DNA of 53,390 bases from Nemertoderma westbladi (GCA_032718475.1 JAUCBJ010000489.1:1-53390), one strand, 5' to 3'; counted from the stretch's first letter, positions 12,773 to 24,758 are shown. Notes: generated by a model from the letters alone, not told the origin. Numbers and translations: made by a program.

Positions 12773-13755
12773 TGTTCTACGGCGTCTCTCAGTTCAGTCA
12801 GCCAATGAGAGCGTTTTTGTGGCTCCTTGTACAGAAAATTTCCGAGAAATGACGCAATGCCTATGTGCAGTGTTTACATTCAGTCTTGAGCCAAAGAAAG
12901 AACGGCTTGGAAGTATTTTGTGCTTTACTGTTTTTTAGTCGTACACTAGTAGGTTTAATTATAAAGGGCATATATCCTTTAACATACCTAACGACTACCT
13001 GACTCATGGAATCACTGCTGACTGATCATACATGCTGACTGCTGAAACATTGCAAACTCATAACAATCAGTGTTTTCATTGTTGTTTTATACTGCTATTT
13101 ACTGTCAGTTCTTCATAATATGGTTGATGAATTATTATATTTGGAATAACGATAAACAACCCCGAAACCCAATATTCTTGATATACCGAAGGTAAGAGAG
13201 AAGGGTTACAGATAAACGATTGTGACTTATGTTAAAGTGGTTTGAAGTGAATCTAATGTTATTTGATAGACCCTACATGAGTCAGTCTGTGTTCCTTTTA
13301 TATGTGACTAAAATCAGTGAAGATTGGCAGATTAGTGTGCAGTATTGTGCAGCATTGTGTATGAGTGAGTCTGTTAAAGAAGCAATTCCTAAAGAATGCG
13401 CCATATATGTGAATTATAATTAAGCCATATCGTTGTGAGTAGTTTAAGTCATAACTCTGTTTATATAGATAAAGCGCCACGTCCTAAAGGAACTGTTAAT
13501 ATTACCGAAGGTGAATAATATTGTCAGAGATTATATAATACTGTCAGTCGAATAATACATTAGGCTTACATAGCAATAAAATTAAACCGTCGAACCCAAT
13601 CTCCCGGGAATCTCCAACGGGTGAATGGTCGCGCACGGATTGGTTTCGACTAGTGTAGTGAATCAAATACTTGTCATAGACTAAAAACTGATTTAATATC
13701 TAGAAGACATCTTAATTTGGTGGGTTAAACTGCCAAAGGTCTGAAAGCGCGAACA
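12773..13755 (+). mobile_element. 5' LTR of a BEL/Pao retrotransposon
   Basis: Begins TGTTC and ends GAACA; contains CCAAT, an Inr-like TCAGT and AATAAA (~13575). The 3' boundary is confirmed by homology with the copy at 6832. Lies upstream of BEL gag. The 5' boundary is less certain. Confidence 0.7.
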
Positions 13756-14037
13756 TTAAAGGATATAGCTTCTTTATTGCAGTAAGCAATAAAGTCGAAA
13801 GTACCGGTCGACCGGTAACCAGTAGGCCTGACTGCCTGATCATCCGGACCGGTACCTACTTCCGTATAAGTACACTAGTATTATTCGATTTGATTGTTGT
13901 ATACCGGTAGGCTGTTTAAGAGATTAGGGACTGTACACCCCTTGTTTCTTTTGGAGCTTACTTATTTCTGTCAGTTTTATTTGTTTGTAGGCCAGTATTG
14001 AACAGAAGGCGTGTAAACCTGATCAGATTGGACAGAC

Positions 14038-14600
14038 AATTTGTAGGCTGAGCTGTTGTCTGATTGCTGTTAGGTCCGAACGAATTGCAGTGTGTGTAGA
14101 GCACTTGTCCGATTAAGTACGATTAGGCAGTAGGGGCAGCGAACGCTGTAAGGTAATCCCCCAACTAAAGAATAAGTCGCACTACTGGGTTAGAGCGCAT
14201 ACTCCCTAATCATTTCGGAGTCTGCATGTCCTGTGGTTTATTTAGGCTTGAGAGTAGTCTGCCATCGTTTAGTCTGTACTTTGTTTGTGTAAGTCTGTAC
14301 GGGTAGCGTATAATTTTATTTAAATAATTTGTAGGCTGGATAGTTGTCTGGCTGTTATTAAGTCTGAACGGATTGCCGCGTGTGTAGATCATCTGTCCGA
14401 TTAAGTACGATTAGGCAGTAGGGGCAGCGAATGCGGTAAGGTAAACCCCCAACTAAAGAATAAGTCGCACTACTGGGTTAGAGCGCATACTCCCTAATCA
14501 TTTCGGAGTCTGCATATACCGTAGTTTGTTTAGGCTTGATAGTAGTCTGTCAGTGTTCGGTCTGTATTTTGTTTGAGTAGTTTGTACGCGTAGCGTAATA
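14038..14600. repeat. ~289-bp tandem duplication in the retrotransposon leader
   Basis: TGTCCGATTAAGTACGATTAGGCAGTAGGGGCAGCGAA...ATCATTTCGGAGTCTGCAT at ~14106 and ~14395. Confidence 0.85.
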
Positions 14601-15922
14601 TTTATTATTCAGAGTTTATGCGATTATCCGCAACATTCATTCCCCAAGTTTGTTCCTACAGTAATTGTGTTTGTTATACATACCGCTATAGTTAAATTAA
14701 CCCCGGTACTACACGGGCTGCTCGGCGTAGGTAAAGACTGGTGATTTTGTGCATCGGTCACTCCAGCAGATGCCGTGGTTCTTTTAGCTGTTCAAGTATA
14801 TTTAACTACTGATTATCTGTTGTACAAGTACTCGTACCTAATTTAGGGTTTAGTGTACAGTACTTTCCGAAGTAATTATTGTAGGCATTATATTTGTGTT
14901 GTAAAGTGGTTGATAGGCACATTCGATTAGCTCTATTAACTTCTAGGTAGGAACACTCCGTGATACATAACGTAGAACCTATAGCGATACGGCTATAGGT
15001 CGTCAGGCGGTGGTATTTTCCTATCTAGACAACGCAGTGTATTTACTACTACTTATTATTTCAAATACCGTAGTACTCTGTCCGTTGTAATAACCGGTTA
15101 TCTAACCCTTTGTTAGGCTGGTTTGTAGACTTCTTGTAAAATTACCCTAAAAATTCGTATTTGGTTTTTGTAAATTTTTGTGTTTATTTAGAGATTGTAA
15201 TCTCACCCGAATTGTACGTAATTTGTAGTATTAAGTAACTTAGGTAAATTAGAATTATTTGTTTTAGTGTCCTGTACGTAACACTTCACTGAAAGCGCAC
15301 CGCTTTGTGTAGTGATTACTCCCCAGAAATAATAACATTTATTTCAAACATTGACAAAACCCACTAAAACGGGTATATATATTATAAATCAAATCTAACG
15401 ATTTATAAATCGTAGGCCTACCATACAACCATTAGGTCTCAATATCAGTTGGATTACTGCTCAAATAACGGTAATAAAGTAAGTAAGTAACCAAGTAACC
15501 CTAAAATACAGAAATTCAATTATTTATAATAATTGATATACCGGTATTTACGATAGGCCTATTATCTTTATTTCTATAAATATTAGGCTGAAATTATACC
15601 GGTACTTGTAATTAATTCTAGTCCAGAATTATATATACTATAAATTGTAAGCTGTATACCGGTATTCCGATAGGCCTATTATATATTTATATATATTTGT
15701 GCTAAAATTATACCGGTATTCTGTGATAAACCTAGTCTGTAATAATACTTATATAGTTATATATACTATAAGTATACCGGTATTCTAATATATTATATAT
15801 ATATCACGCTACACTGAGTAGCAGTAACGGTAATTAATTACTAGGCTAGCAGTTCATACTGAGTTACTAGACTTGCTTAGACTGTAATATAGCAGTAGGC
15901 ATTCAACTGTACATACCTAGTC

Positions 15923-18900
15923 ATGTCTGATACTAAGCAGAACCTGTCAGACAGTTTATTAGATGTAACTATCTGCGACTCAGATAGAGACGTACAACTG
16001 TCTGGTCGTAAATCCAGTTCACCTCCCACTGTGAGGAAGGTCATCCCTCCAGTAGTAATAACAGAACCTAGGCTGGTCCAACATCGTAGGTCTATCATAG
16101 GCACCCGAGCTCAGGTCAAGCGGGACCAACAAGCGGCGGAACAGCAACAACCCGCTAGTCAAGAACTCATTCCTCAGCGGCCCAGCAGCTCCAGTAGTGA
16201 GGATACTGTAGAGCTGACACCCGAGAGCGGAGCAGAGATGACGGATGCGGTTTATACGGATCCCCTTCTCATCCTTCCTGCAGCCGTGCTCGCGGGGTTA
16301 TTGATCGCGGTGGAAGAACACCAGATCGATTGGGCGAGAAGTCAATGGTCAACTAGAGATAGCTACGCGGGCTACACTAGTGAAGAACTGAAGTCTATTG
16401 TCGAGTCGCAATGGAACTTCCCCGGACCCGGACTCCCGTTTGATTTATCAGAAGCTGCCTGGGAAGACATACACCGGATGGGAGTAGCCAAGGAAACCAT
16501 CGATCCAGCTGTGTGGAAGAGGTCCGCAGCCGGATACGCACAGGGATTCTTCAGCTCTATGGAGCGAATAGAAAAGCAACTTTTTCAACAACCTCAAGGA
16601 CCTCAAGAGCAGGGATCGCTGCTTTATCAAGTTAGAGAAAGAGTTCTGCGGATTAGGCTAATCTTATCCGCCTTTGAGGAGGCTTCTAAAAGAAGGCAAG
16701 ACACGTCGTTGCAAGTTGCCGTAAAGACTTGGTTTCAACGGGTGAGTCGCCAGGTTCAAGGAGCAGCTCAGTGGAAGGCTCAGTTGGAGGAGCGCTCAAC
16801 CCATGGAGAATCAACAGACGCTACTTTTTCCCAAGTGGAAAGTGAAGCGACGGCAGAGAAACCGCATAAGAAGGATGCCATTGATATCTATCTGTCAGAC
16901 TATCAGCGTTTTGTGGGAGATGAAGAGTTGAGGAGAAGGCTAGAGGGACTTAGCCCTAATAGCGAAGGAGCCAAACTTGTGTTAGATGCGATTGATGTGG
17001 ATAGGTTAGCGGCGAACCAAGCTAAATTCGATGAACAACTCCGCATCGCTAGAGAAAGGGAAGAACAAGTAAGGAAAAAGCGTATAGAAGACAGAAAGAT
17101 AGCAGCAGTGGCAGAGGCAGAAAGAAAAGCGGCAGCGGCAGAGGCAAAAGCGGCAGCGGCAGAGGCAAAAGCGGCAGCAGTGGCGGAAGCAGAACGAAAA
17201 GCGGCAGCGGCAGAGGCAAAAGCGGCAGCAGCAGAGGCAAAAGCGGCAGCAGTGGCGGAAGTAGAACGAAAAGCGGCTGAAGAGATCATCCAACTGGAGT
17301 TGGAAAATCTTCAAGAGAAGCAAGACGACTTCAGTAAACAGTTAGCAGCTAGTAATATGCAGATGATGAGTCGATCTACTCCCAAAAGACAAGGGTATAC
17401 CTCATCTGAGGAAGGCGATACCACCGACACTGAAGGCGGAAGAAATCGATCTCGCCTAAGCAGACGTAAAAGAACATTCCACCGGCAGAAATTGCCTGAT
17501 TTGCCTCCAGCTGTTAGAAGGCAACTAAATAACACCAACTTAGGTAGTACAGAGCCCACAGACCAAATAATTACCATAGAAAGACTCCCTACTATAGTAG
17601 ATGAGCCTGAAATAATTAGGCCTGTTCTTGAAATCACCCCTTCGGTGATAGACACACCTGTGCTCCCTGAAGCTACTTCTAAATTCCCTCTGCATAGCAC
17701 TAAGCTACCTGTGCCCAGTAGAACTGCCCAGGCGACAGTTCAGGTCCTGGACCCCGAGCGAAATATTCATAATTTATCGCCCGTTGTCCCTCGTCCGCCC
17801 GCTACAACGTTGGCGACTCCCGCTTCGGCGGTCGAATGGGTGGACAGGGGACGGCGGGGGATGGATATCCTGCTCGGGCAGATGCAGGAGACTGTCCAGC
17901 AATTCAAGGGCACAGTAAGGGAAAGTAGGCTAGAGTTGCAAGAAGTGCAGCAAAGTATCGCGCTAGAACGCGATAAATTAGTAAATACCCAAAAGGGTAT
18001 ACCACCACCCTCTGTAACAATGTGTCAACCTGTTAGGTCTGAAGTATTGCATGCGCAAGGTGTGGAGCCTACACGCATTTATACTGCTAGCGAAGTAGAA
18101 ACTCCTATAGTGAACCCTATTAAGGGTAATTATAGACCTGTTTGTAAGGATATTCCCTATGGAACTGATCATAATCCGAGGAATTTATATACCGATAACT
18201 CGATATTAAATAGCACAATGGCCCAAGAAAGTTTTACGCGTCAAATGGCTAGAACCGAAGCCCGGCAAGCGGTAAAGGTTGGAGAGATCGTCAAGTTCAA
18301 TGGAGATGAGATGAAATGGTTACCTTTTAATGAATATTACAAAGATAACATACAGAACTCTGTACTATCTAATGGAGAAAAACTTAGATACCTCATCGAG
18401 TGCTTGGAAGGATCTCCCAAGTTAATGGCGTTAAGGTTTATTGGACATCCAGACGGATTAAGACAAGTTTGGGATACACTAAACATCAGGTATGGTAATA
18501 GGAATAACATAGCTGGGTATTTGTATGCAAAGTTGGTAGCGCCCCGAAAGTTTATTAGCAGCGGGATTATAGAGTTTTCCGATGAAATTCAGGAGATCTG
18601 CAGACAATTAGATTGGCTAGGTAAGTCTCATGAGTATCAGAGTGCTATGGTTATTAGAGCAGTGGCTTCTACTTTACCGAAGGGTGGAGTAGGTACACGC
18701 TGGGATAAGAAAGTGTTATATATGATGGAACAACAACAACGAGACCCTACCATGGCTGATCTCATGTCATTCTTAGATGGAGAAGTGAAATTACAGCTCC
18801 TAAGACAGTCCAGAGAGAAGACACTGGAAAACAAGGTAAGTGAGAAACCCGTTTCTAGGAGAAGGGTAACACCAGTATGTTATACCGACGACGGTGAAAG

Positions 18901-19684
18901 CCAAACTTCTCAAGGAGAGGACAGCGGGAAAGACACTGACAGATCTTATGTCAATAAAATGCCTAAAGATCAGGTAAGTAAATCCAAGTCTCGACCCAAT
19001 GACAGAAGGGAACCGGTACAAAAAACCCCTCCTACGTCTCCTAAAAGAATTCAGGTGAGAAAGCCCGAGGAAAGAACAAGTGTGCACCACACAGCACATG
19101 TTAAAGTAAGTAACATCAAGCCCAAATGTGTGCTGTGCGACGGGCCCCACCGTTTAAATGCGTGTGATAAATTCCTGAGGAAATCACTAAAGGATAGACG
19201 TGAAGTCATGTGGGATAAGAGGTTGTGTTATAATTGCCTCAGACGAGGACACCAACGGCGAACCTGTAACTCCGACGCAAGGTGTGCAAAGTGCGGCGCA
19301 AAACATCATATCTTGTTGCACACGGAATTCGAACGAAACAGCCCGAGTCAGGTAAGTGAGTCCGAACTACATGTCCAATTCAGTGATGTGAATGACACTG
19401 ATCAATCTGAGATGGAAGGATTCTATACGGACGAGTTCTCCGACCAAAACGAATCCTGTTACCTAATAAACACCACCGCAGTGTATCGAACACTCGTGTA
19501 TGAGAAAGACACAGACAGCGACCTTACCTTAACTACTTCCGATCAACAACCATCTTGGAAAGCGCCAACTTCCAATATAGGAATCCGAGAATTTCCTGTA
19601 GTCCAGTTACGGGTCCACGGACCTCAGAAGAGCTATATAGTGAACGCCCTCCTGGACTCCGGTAGCACAGGACTGCTCATTTAA
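15923..19684 (+). CDS. gag: BEL/Pao Gag-Pro polyprotein, truncated within the aspartic protease
   Basis: 1253-aa ORF. DUF1759-like capsid region (KFNGDEMKWLPF...EKLRYLIECLEG), triple zinc knuckle (CVLCDGPHRLNAC, CYNCLRRGHQRRTC, CAKCGAKHHILLH) and protease motif ALLDSGS, followed by an abrupt switch to AT-rich DNA. Confidence 0.92.
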   Translation: MSDTKQNLSDSLLDVTICDSDRDVQLSGRKSSSPPTVRKVIPPVVITEPRLVQHRRSIIGTRAQVKRDQQAAEQQQPASQELIPQRPSSSSSEDTVELTPESGAEMTDAVYTDPLLILPAAVLAGLLIAVEEHQIDWARSQWSTRDSYAGYTSEELKSIVESQWNFPGPGLPFDLSEAAWEDIHRMGVAKETIDPAVWKRSAAGYAQGFFSSMERIEKQLFQQPQGPQEQGSLLYQVRERVLRIRLILSAFEEASKRRQDTSLQVAVKTWFQRVSRQVQGAAQWKAQLEERSTHGESTDATFSQVESEATAEKPHKKDAIDIYLSDYQRFVGDEELRRRLEGLSPNSEGAKLVLDAIDVDRLAANQAKFDEQLRIAREREEQVRKKRIEDRKIAAVAEAERKAAAAEAKAAAAEAKAAAVAEAERKAAAAEAKAAAAEAKAAAVAEVERKAAEEIIQLELENLQEKQDDFSKQLAASNMQMMSRSTPKRQGYTSSEEGDTTDTEGGRNRSRLSRRKRTFHRQKLPDLPPAVRRQLNNTNLGSTEPTDQIITIERLPTIVDEPEIIRPVLEITPSVIDTPVLPEATSKFPLHSTKLPVPSRTAQATVQVLDPERNIHNLSPVVPRPPATTLATPASAVEWVDRGRRGMDILLGQMQETVQQFKGTVRESRLELQEVQQSIALERDKLVNTQKGIPPPSVTMCQPVRSEVLHAQGVEPTRIYTASEVETPIVNPIKGNYRPVCKDIPYGTDHNPRNLYTDNSILNSTMAQESFTRQMARTEARQAVKVGEIVKFNGDEMKWLPFNEYYKDNIQNSVLSNGEKLRYLIECLEGSPKLMALRFIGHPDGLRQVWDTLNIRYGNRNNIAGYLYAKLVAPRKFISSGIIEFSDEIQEICRQLDWLGKSHEYQSAMVIRAVASTLPKGGVGTRWDKKVLYMMEQQQRDPTMADLMSFLDGEVKLQLLRQSREKTLENKVSEKPVSRRRVTPVCYTDDGESQTSQGEDSGKDTDRSYVNKMPKDQVSKSKSRPNDRREPVQKTPPTSPKRIQVRKPEERTSVHHTAHVKVSNIKPKCVLCDGPHRLNACDKFLRKSLKDRREVMWDKRLCYNCLRRGHQRRTCNSDARCAKCGAKHHILLHTEFERNSPSQVSESELHVQFSDVNDTDQSEMEGFYTDEFSDQNESCYLINTTAVYRTLVYEKDTDSDLTLTTSDQQPSWKAPTSNIGIREFPVVQLRVHGPQKSYIVNALLDSGSTGLLI
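17100..17280 (+). repeat. Coding minisatellite (AEAKAAA / AVAEAERK) in gag
   Basis: GCGGCAGCGGCAGAGGCAAAA 21-bp units, in frame. Confidence 0.85.
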
Positions 19685-19892
19685 CTATTGCCGGTATAAA
19701 ATTCATTATTGTATTATACAACAGGCTAATTGTATAATCATTACTTTTATTTTAAAAGATTAATATTAAAATATTTTAATGCTAATATATTTAGTTTATA
19801 ACGAAAATTTAAATGGTTTAAAAAATTGATCTGGGGGTATCATAGTTTTAGCAGCTTAGCCCCCTCCGAAAAAAAATTCCTGGATCCGCGCC

Positions 19893-20870
19893 TGTGTGCA
19901 GGCATGGGGAGAGTTCTATAAATTTTAATTTGCTGCAATTTGGTCAACGGATGTAATTGAAGTTTCCTCGTTAAGCAAGATACTAAATTTTATGGTAGCT
20001 AGTGTTTTATGTAGGTTTAGCTAGTAATTTCAACACTTGTACCGATATCATACTTCCTTCTATAAATATTTTATAGTAGCTAGTTCTTATTTCTATTTGT
20101 ATAGAAAACGTTCCAGAATATGTTAGCTATTCATTTTTAAAACAAATTATGTTCTAGAACAAATATTTTTTGTTCTAGAGCATTTTTTAGAAAAATCTGG
20201 ATTCGATTTAAAACGCATGGAATCGTTCTAAAACGTGTTTAAATTCAATAAAAAAAAAATTTTCAAAATTTTTTTTCAATTAAATTTCTTCACAATATTT
20301 TTTTTCATAATTTTTTTTATTCAATCTTAAACGTTTTAAATATAATCCAGATTTTTTTCTAAAAAATGTTCTAGAACAAAAAATATTTATTCTAGAACAT
20401 AATTTTTTTTAAAAATGAATAACTAACATATTCTGGAACATTTTCTATACAAATAGAAATAAGAACTAGCTACTACAAAATATTTATAGAAGGAAGTAGG
20501 ATATCGGAACCAGTGTTGAAATTACTAGCTAAACCTACCTAAAACACTAGCTACCATAAAATTTTGTATCTTGCTTAAGGCCATGATACACCACAGGAGC
20601 GGCGAGCGGCGAGCGGCAGCGGCGAGCGGCCGCGGCAAGCGGTCACTTTTTAAAAATAGAACACATTATTTTCTATGGGTGATGATACACCACAAATGGC
20701 TGCTGCCGCTCGCCGCTCCTATAGTGTATCATACTTAAAGTCGCCGCCCGCCGCTGCCGCCCGCCGCTGCCGCTCGCCGCTCCTGTGGTGTATCATGGCC
20801 TTTAAATTAAGACCGTTGACCAAATTGCAACAAATGAAAATTTTTAGAACTCTCCGCATGCCTGCACACA
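19893..20870. mobile_element. Palindromic (foldback) non-autonomous DNA transposon
   Basis: TGTGTGCAGGCATG.GGAGAGTTCTA termini are inverted; arms ~19970-20240 vs ~20325-20578. Confidence 0.8.
20578..20801. mobile_element. PIF/Harbinger (Tourist-like) MITE nested in the foldback
   Basis: TIR AGGCCATGATACACCACAGGAGCGGCGAGCGGC; TTA target-site duplication at 20575-20577 and 20802-20804. Confidence 0.85.
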
Positions 20871-21469
20871 TACAGTACAGCAGTAAGCTACCGGTTATAA
20901 TCCAGCCTCCATAAATTATGAAGGCTGCACGCTTGCAAGGCCTTAATCCAGTACGCTATGATTAGCTAACACTACACGATGAGAAAATGACCTATATCTT
21001 GAGTGCCATTATAGCACTCAGAATTTGATTTAGGGTACCTCATTCAGTGTTGGCCGAGTGGTTAAGAATATGTTCCAATCGTACACACTGTGGCAGTGAT
21101 TCTTTTGCACGTTTTTAATTAATTCTTGAAAAATAAGTAATAAGTTGGCCTATCATTGCTAAAATTAAACCAAAGTTGGTACGTATGCTAGTTGCAGTCC
21201 GTCAAAGGTTTAGGGAGAATCTGAAGTTTAGTCAAAAGTGAGACAGTCTGTCAGTCGGTACCGGTAGTTTCAGACTTTTGATTAAAACCGAAATAAGTCA
21301 GTCAATCATTTATGAAATATTTCAATATATGCTTCTCCATAAGCTGAATCATACTGGTTCATTCTCGATGAAGGCACTGGTATCTAAATATCTAAATTAT
21401 GCAGAATTTAAGAGAAGTGACGTACACACAACGAGAGCTTTACATCATACTAAAGTGTATGATAGGCCT

Positions 21470-21625
21470 ACACACAGTCTTACAGCACGGCAAGTGTACG
21501 GTGCACACAGACTTACATACAGGACGTAATGTGTACGGTGTACAGTCTTACAGTACAGCACGGAAAGTATACGGTACGCATCGCATAGTCTTACAGCCCA
21601 TACAGTACGCAGTCTTACTGCACCG
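21470..21625. repeat. Degenerate minisatellite (CAGTCTTACAG...GTGTACGGT)
   Basis: Repeated AGTCTTAC and GTACGGTG motifs. Confidence 0.55.
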
Positions 21626-22254
21626 AAAGCAACATTAGCTAACCACAGAGCGATTACTGTGAAGACTGTTGTATGTGATTCCTCAAATCTAATTTCTCAC
21701 CTATAATAATTAATTAATATGTTATGGTAATGAATGTATTACGCAGGTTACAGTAGTTGCTCCTCAGGTAGACGTTTCCATCAAAACTCACAGCAGTAGC
21801 AGAGGGAGTAGTGTAGGCCTACCGGTACTTTGTACCTGCCTAAGTGAAAGTATAATTGATTAAACATCCGGATCTGAATCAATGGCTAGATGAGAGGTAT
21901 TTGAGACATTTGTTTGCACACCGGAAGGTTTGTAAGTGCCAATGGGAATGGTAAAATTATTTATCTCAATATTTCCAACAGTGACTTTGTTATATATTAT
22001 GAACAATTTACAATAATTTTGAATAATTATTTATTTTAATTTATTTTATTCGATTATATAAATTGGATTTAATTTAGAGAGTTGTAGAGGTCATGATGGG
22101 TTGTTTTCCCATATTGAGCAAGGTCATAATTCATTAGATAAATCTTTTACAAATTAAATAGAGGAGTTGAACAATACAACTAATTTGTAAATTAAACTAT
22201 TTATAATTACTTATTTTAATTTAAAAATAGAAACCGTTTTCTAAATTTCTCTGA

Positions 22255-22730
22255 AAGGAAAGGAAAGGAATGGAATGGAATGGAAAAGAAAGGAAAGGAA
22301 AGGAATGTAATGGAAAGGAGCGGAGCGGAGCGGAGCGGAACGGAACGGAACGGAACGGAACGGAACGGAACGGAACGGAACGGAACGGAACGGAACGGAA
22401 CGGAACGGAACGGAACGGAACGGAACGGAACGGAACGGAACGGAACGGAACGGAACGGAACGGAACGGAACGGAACGGAACGGAACGGAACGGAACGGAA
22501 CGGAACGGAACGGAACGGAACGGAACGGAACGGAACGGAACGGAACGGAACGGAACGGAACGGAACGGAACGGAACGGAACGGAACGGAACGGAACGGAA
22601 CGGAACGGAACGGAACGGAACGGAACGGAACGGAACAGAGCGGAACGGAACGGAACGGAACAGAGCGGAACGGAACGGAACGGAACGGAACGGAACGGAA
22701 CGGAACGGAATGGATCGGAATAGAAAGGAA
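22255..22730. repeat. (CGGAA)n pentanucleotide microsatellite with GGAAA/GGAAT/CGGAG edges
   Basis: Direct observation; the ORFs here are repeat artefacts. Confidence 0.97.
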
Positions 22731-23959
22731 AATCAAATAAATAATTATTTATACATTAAGAAAGTCACTTACAGTTTAATTCTATCGCTGCGAATTCACT
22801 TCTCCAACTCGAACGTCATTAGTCTGATTAACGACTATAAATTATTTGTTGGTAAATTTTCAACTAAATCACAGCTATCTGATGTATTAAAAAGTTCCCT
22901 TTATAGCGAATTTCTCAACTCTACACAGAATTTCAGACACACCCACACCGGATTGGTTAAGAAATAAATGCGCAGAGTTCAGATAGGGCAATTCTCCCAG
23001 CAGTGGATAACGTTTAGATTTGGGAGCTTTAAGCTGGGATTATAGATTGTTTGAATTCCAGTCCAGCTGTTCGTCGAAACATATCGCAAATATCACTTAG
23101 TAGAATTACTACAGTATACTACACCAAAGTAATGGAAAGTAAATCGACTGACATTTTCCTTAACTGATAAGATTCACGGATTTCCGAAATGATGCATTAA
23201 TGGTACAACCCTGTCTATATAAATGCTACGTCCAACCTCTTTATTGAATTTTCGATTGCTACCAAATACTATCAAGAATTCAATCGCTAGCGAACAGTAA
23301 GTTATCAGTGAGATCTTTACGGAAGTGGTTGCGTGTGGGAACTCTTGTACTATAAACAAATGTCGCCTGCGGAATTATGTATTGATTTGTATTGCCTTAA
23401 TCTGGATTATATTACCACGAGATGCTTCGAATCAGAATGAAAATTGCAATGTTTGAACTGTTCTGCGTAGTTTGTTTGATATTCCGAACTGTACGTACAG
23501 TAAAGGATATTGAAATCAATACAGAATGTTAGTCAGCTAACCAGTCACCCAAACTCTAGCTCTAGGCTCAGATCTATAAGTTGGAAAATATCATTATATT
23601 TCATGTTGAAATATAAGTGATTAAATTTTGATGGGATGAATGGATAGACCTACAGGTCATAAATATGTTGACGGTACTGTTTATTGGTCACTGTTCTCGA
23701 TATAAACTACATAACAACTACGTCATAACCAGAGAAAAGGACAATAACCGAGGAGCAATATAAGTATGGTGAAGTGGAATGTGAGTAGTTATAGACATAT
23801 AGGAGCGCTTACTACATGAGCAATGAGAAGTGTTTAGCAAACAATGAAAGTATCAACAATGTACAGCACGAGCAGGTTGAATGTTAGGAAGAGTAATGAA
23901 ATAATATTAACATGGCTATGTATTAGTAGGCCTACCAAATTACCTACCTACCAATTGTT

Positions 23960-24295
23960 ACCTGTAAGACCTGTACAAAACACATGTGTTAACTTTCGTT
24001 TATTGTTTTGGCACCCCCAACACGCTTCTGTAACCTGCTCCTTTACTAACCTGTAATTCTACAAAACGTAATGGCAATGGGGCATAACGCTCTTTGGGAC
24101 CTAACGCGACTTTACCACTTTGTTTTGTACAGGTCACAAAGAGCAGGTCCCATTGCCATTTATAGAAGCAGGTTATGGGAGCAGTTTACAGAGGCGTGTT
24201 TGGGGAAGCAAACAATAATTGAAAATTAACAAATGTTGCAAGATTATGCAGGTCTTTATAATTGGGTCTGTGGTCTTTGTTTTGTAGTCACCCCT
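23960..24295. mobile_element. Palindromic MITE-like repeat, same family as ~165-240 and 30920-31080
   Basis: TTAACTTTCGTTTATTGTTTTGG...CTGTAACCTGCTCC has an inverted counterpart at ~24175-24235. Confidence 0.6.
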
Positions 24296-24477
24296 AATCG
24301 TATATCAGCAGTAATTTTTAATTATTGTTATTATTCAATCCATATAAGTTTACCTGTATAGTTGGTCTCACCTCTTTGGTAAAAGAGGCCATATGTCTCC
24401 TATAGCTGGAGTGATTGTGATATTATTAACCAGTTTATATGTTATCATCAACGTAGTTGAGAAAACCATTATGTGAC

Positions 24478-24758
24478 TATCGGATATTATACCATCACAA
24501 ACATCAACTCAATTTTACTTTGTCCACACCAATCTCACTATCAAACCCTAGACCAGGATTTCTATCCCCACGACAGAAGACCTGATACTCGGTATTCTGC
24601 AGAGTGAATCGTTTATCGGATATTATACCATCACAAACATCAACTCAATTTTACTTTGTCCACACCAATCTCACTATCAAACCCTAGACCAGGATTTCTA
24701 TCCCCACGACAGAACACCTGATACTCGGTATTCTGCAGAGTGAATCGTTTATCGGATA
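24478..24758. repeat. 136-bp tandem duplication
   Basis: TATCGGATA at 24478, 24614 and 24750; units almost identical. Confidence 0.9.

Noticed and set aside
21045-21070. tRNA-like TGGCCGAGTGGTTAAG
   Set aside because: A box only; no cloverleaf or B box.
22221-22740. ERNGT / VPFRS repeat ORFs
   Set aside because: Products of the (CGGAA)n microsatellite.
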